64,000 nucleotides of DNA from an uncultured Gemmatimonadales bacterium (lineage in GTDB: Bacteria > Gemmatimonadota > Gemmatimonadetes > Gemmatimonadales > JACORV01), in NCBI GenBank assembly GCA_963812035.1, contig CAWETG010000010.1, positions 180,975 to 244,974 on the forward strand, written 5' to 3'. Under the pieces are notes generated by a model, which was not told the origin of the DNA, made no database searches, and saw only the letters and a list, made by a program, of their open reading frames with translations. Below, one piece after another: positions 61,545 through 64,000 of the stretch. The first letter of the stretch is position 1; the number at the start of each line of letters is the position of its first letter. The translations under genes and the position numbers were made by a program.

Positions 61545-64000
61545 CGGAGCAGCACGGTCACGACGGCGCGCGGGCCGGCCTCGAAGAGCACCCTCCCGTC
61601 CGCCGCCACCTCGAGCGGCGCCAGCGGCGATTCATCGAGCCGCGCGAGGTGCGCCGACCGTGCGCGCGACGGCAGGCGCCACGCGCCGGCCACCGGCGTC
61701 GCCAGAGCGTTGTAGCAGCGGAGCACGATGCCGCGCCCCGCCTCGGCGGGCTTCATCGCCGAGAACACCAGGCCCTCTCCCAGCAGCTCCGGCCCCGGCG
61801 CGGGCCGAGGCACCTCGAGCAGCGAGCGGCGCATCACCGCCAGCGGAGGCGCGTGGAACCGCTCCGCCGCCCGCTCGACGTCAGCCAGATCCTCCAGCGC
61901 ACGCCCGGTGTGGACGTGAACGCCGAGCCGGGCGCGGAACGGCCCGATGCACTGCGCGTCGGGCGTCGGCGTCGGCCAGCCGGCGTGGCCCGGCCGCTCC
62001 GGCATGTCCTGCCGCGACATCTGGCCGAAGGCTCTGAGCAGCGTCACGAGCACCGTCCCGTCACGCCGCAGCTCGTACTCCGGGAGGCCCGCCGCGAAAA
62101 CGGTGAGCGCCCGCGCTCCCGCTGCTACGGCGACGTAGCGCTGCATCGGCGCGGTGGACGCCGGCTGTTCAACGCCCCGCGGCATCGCCGCCCGCCGGGC
62201 GCCCCGGCGGGGCACGGGGCCGTACAGGCCGTCTGCCACCTCGTGCTGGACCGGCGCGCCGAGGGGGAAGGCCACGCGCAGCCGGTGGTCGGTGCGGCGA
62301 TTGTCCCCTTCGATCTCGATCTCGACCACGTCACTCGCGGCGTCGAGCGTCACCCGCGTCACGGCTTCCAGTGCGACCGCGCCGTAGCGGCGCACGACCT
62401 CGAGCACGCCGTGCAGCGGCCCCGGGTGCACGATGCGCACCGCCGCGTCGTCCGGCTCACGCACCGCCCGATCCGGGCGCGGCGCCGAATAGGTGTAGCT
62501 GTCGCCCGCGTCGCCGTTGTCCTCGAGTGCCGCCAGGCCAGCGTAGCGCTCACCGGTCGCGCGATCCACGACCTGGAGCGTCCCTGCGGGCTCCACGAGC
62601 ACGGCGACGCGCTCGTTCCACATCGCGTTCCCGGCGACCACGACGTCCGCCGGGTCACCCTCTCCCGGGGCCCGCGTGGCCGCGCGCCGCCGGCTCTGCC
62701 TCGTCTCGACGGCGAGCGCCACCACGCCCAGCGGCAGGAGGTCGCGCACCCGAACGGCCACGTGACGCCACTCGACGGCGGCGGACAGCGGGTAGCGCAG
62801 CGGACTCTCGACCAGGTCGTGCCCGGCCCTGACGCCCAGGTCCTGAAAGCGCACCGGCGAGCCGTCAGGGCCGACGAGCCGCAGCGCGCCCGGACGCACG
62901 GGCGGAGCGGAAGGCACGCGTTGCTGGCCGACCGACACGTCGGCCTCGAATAGCGCCACCTCCGCGTCCACCACCGCGTCGCGCGCCGCCGGTGCGGGGT
63001 TGAACACCAGCAGCGCCGGCTTCCACGCGGCCCGGCCCGCCAGCCGCGCCGCCACCGCTTCGTGCCCGATCGCGCCCTCGAGCGACCGCGCCACGATCTC
63101 GCCGCCCTGCTGCCGGCACCGCTCGAACCGCACCATCATCTCCCGGTGCACCGGATCGGCGCTGGTGCCGCAGATACTGTCGTGAGGATGATTCTCAAGC
63201 AGGGTGCGCCACGCGGCGCGCAGCTCGGCGCGTCGGTCGGCGCCACCGCGGCTGGTCTCCAATGCCGCCAGCGGCTCCGCGTAGCGCTCGAGCAGGCCCT
63301 GGCACACCGCGTTCGCCTGTTTGAGATAGAGCCGCGAGCCGTGCGTCCCCTGCAGCGCCCACGCGTGACGGTGGCCGGCGCGTAGCTCGCCGGTAAGGAC
63401 CGGCACCGCCGGCGCGCGCTCTCGCGCCCAGGCCAGCACCGCGGAGGTGTAGTCCTCCAGCGCCGACAGCGTGAACCGGACCTGCGGGACCATCCCGTTG
63501 AGCGTGGCGATCACCTCCGGCAAGTCGTGCTGCGCCGCATGGTGATCCGCCCCGGCCATCACGAGCCAGTAGGGCGTGCGGGCACGAGGGGCGAGCTGTG
63601 CCCACAGTCGCTCCCACCGCTCGGCCAGCGCCGCGCGCTTCGCCGGCAGGCTCTGGCCGTTCTCGTACCCCGGCGGCGGGAGGTGCACGGTCAGCACCTC
63701 GGAGCCGTCGGCCGCACGCCACCGGTACAGGTCGCCGTCCTGTCCCGGCTCGCCGCCGAGCCCGCGCCACAGGACCGCGACCTCGATGCCGAAGCCGCGC
63801 AGGATCGTGGGGAAGCCCGCCGGATGCCCGAATGCATCCGGCGAGTACCCGACCGCCATGGGCCGACCGCCGCACCGTCGCACGGTACGGGCCCCCTCGA
63901 TCAGGTTGCGGACCAGGGCTTCCGCCGAAACCAGGAACTCGTCGGCGAGCACGTACCACGGCCCCGCCTCGAGGCGGCCCTCGACAAACAGGCGTCGGAT
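61541..64000 (-). CDS. GH38 alpha-mannosidase family protein (5' end outside the window)
   Basis: GPWYVLADEFLVSAEALVRNL, nucleophile motif PDAFGH, HPHDSICGTS, TLLRAFG. Confidence 0.92.
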   Translation of the reverse strand: MRRLFVEGRLEAGPWYVLADEFLVSAEALVRNLIEGARTVRRCGGRPMAVGYSPDAFGHPAGFPTILRGFGIEVAVLWRGLGGEPGQDGDLYRWRAADGSEVLTVHLPPPGYENGQSLPAKRAALAERWERLWAQLAPRARTPYWLVMAGADHHAAQHDLPEVIATLNGMVPQVRFTLSALEDYTSAVLAWARERAPAVPVLTGELRAGHRHAWALQGTHGSRLYLKQANAVCQGLLERYAEPLAALETSRGGADRRAELRAAWRTLLENHPHDSICGTSADPVHREMMVRFERCRQQGGEIVARSLEGAIGHEAVAARLAGRAAWKPALLVFNPAPAARDAVVDAEVALFEADVSVGQQRVPSAPPVRPGALRLVGPDGSPVRFQDLGVRAGHDLVESPLRYPLSAAVEWRHVAVRVRDLLPLGVVALAVETRQSRRRAATRAPGEGDPADVVVAGNAMWNERVAVLVEPAGTLQVVDRATGERYAGLAALEDNGDAGDSYTYSAPRPDRAVREPDDAAVRIVHPGPLHGVLEVVRRYGAVALEAVTRVTLDAASDVVEIEIEGDNRRTDHRLRVAFPLGAPVQHEVADGLYGPVPRRGARRAAMPRGVEQPASTAPMQRYVAVAAGARALTVFAAGLPEYELRRDGTVLVTLLRAFGQMSRQDMPERPGHAGWPTPTPDAQCIGPFRARLGVHVHTGRALEDLADVERAAERFHAPPLAVMRRSLLEVPRPAPGPELLGEGLVFSAMKPAEAGRGIVLRCYNALATPVAGAWRLPSRARSAHLARLDESPLAPLEVAADGRVLFEAGPRAVVTVLLR

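Overview
High-GC, densely coded bacterial chromosomal window. Gene content and style suggest Gemmatimonadota (inference only). No transposase, integrase, phage gene, rRNA or CRISPR array was seen. In order: exbB/tonB preceded by a histidine kinase-response regulator-histidine kinase cluster; a membrane Hanks Ser/Thr kinase with a TPR-like sensor followed by a small anchored protein ending in a PPPPQCPPKC tail; a Tat-exported PLP enzyme; two (alpha/alpha)6 glycoside hydrolases; AhpE-like peroxiredoxin; an 11-subunit complex I (nuoABCDHIJKLMN, no nuoEFG) directly behind tRNA-Ala(TGC); an M6 metalloprotease with a lipoprotein; a PAP2 phosphatase divergent from a candidate ceramide operon (Spt, CerS-like GNAT, SDR); a K+ channel with a TVGYS filter; a VIT-vWA/ECF sigma/zinc anti-sigma operon; alternative complex III (actABCDEF) with a flavin reductase; lgt; and an uncharacterised sugar-processing cluster (two amidohydrolases, class III aminotransferase, heparinase II/III-like lyase, fucokinase-like GHMP kinase, ABC transporter, GH38). 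Beyond the genes, three short-period (7, 8 and 8-9 nt) repeat families form palindromes, and one of them lies in frame inside nuoL and actE. Several genes appear to use non-canonical start codons (ACG, CTG) or leaderless promoters. All functional calls come from motif recognition by eye; no database search was run.
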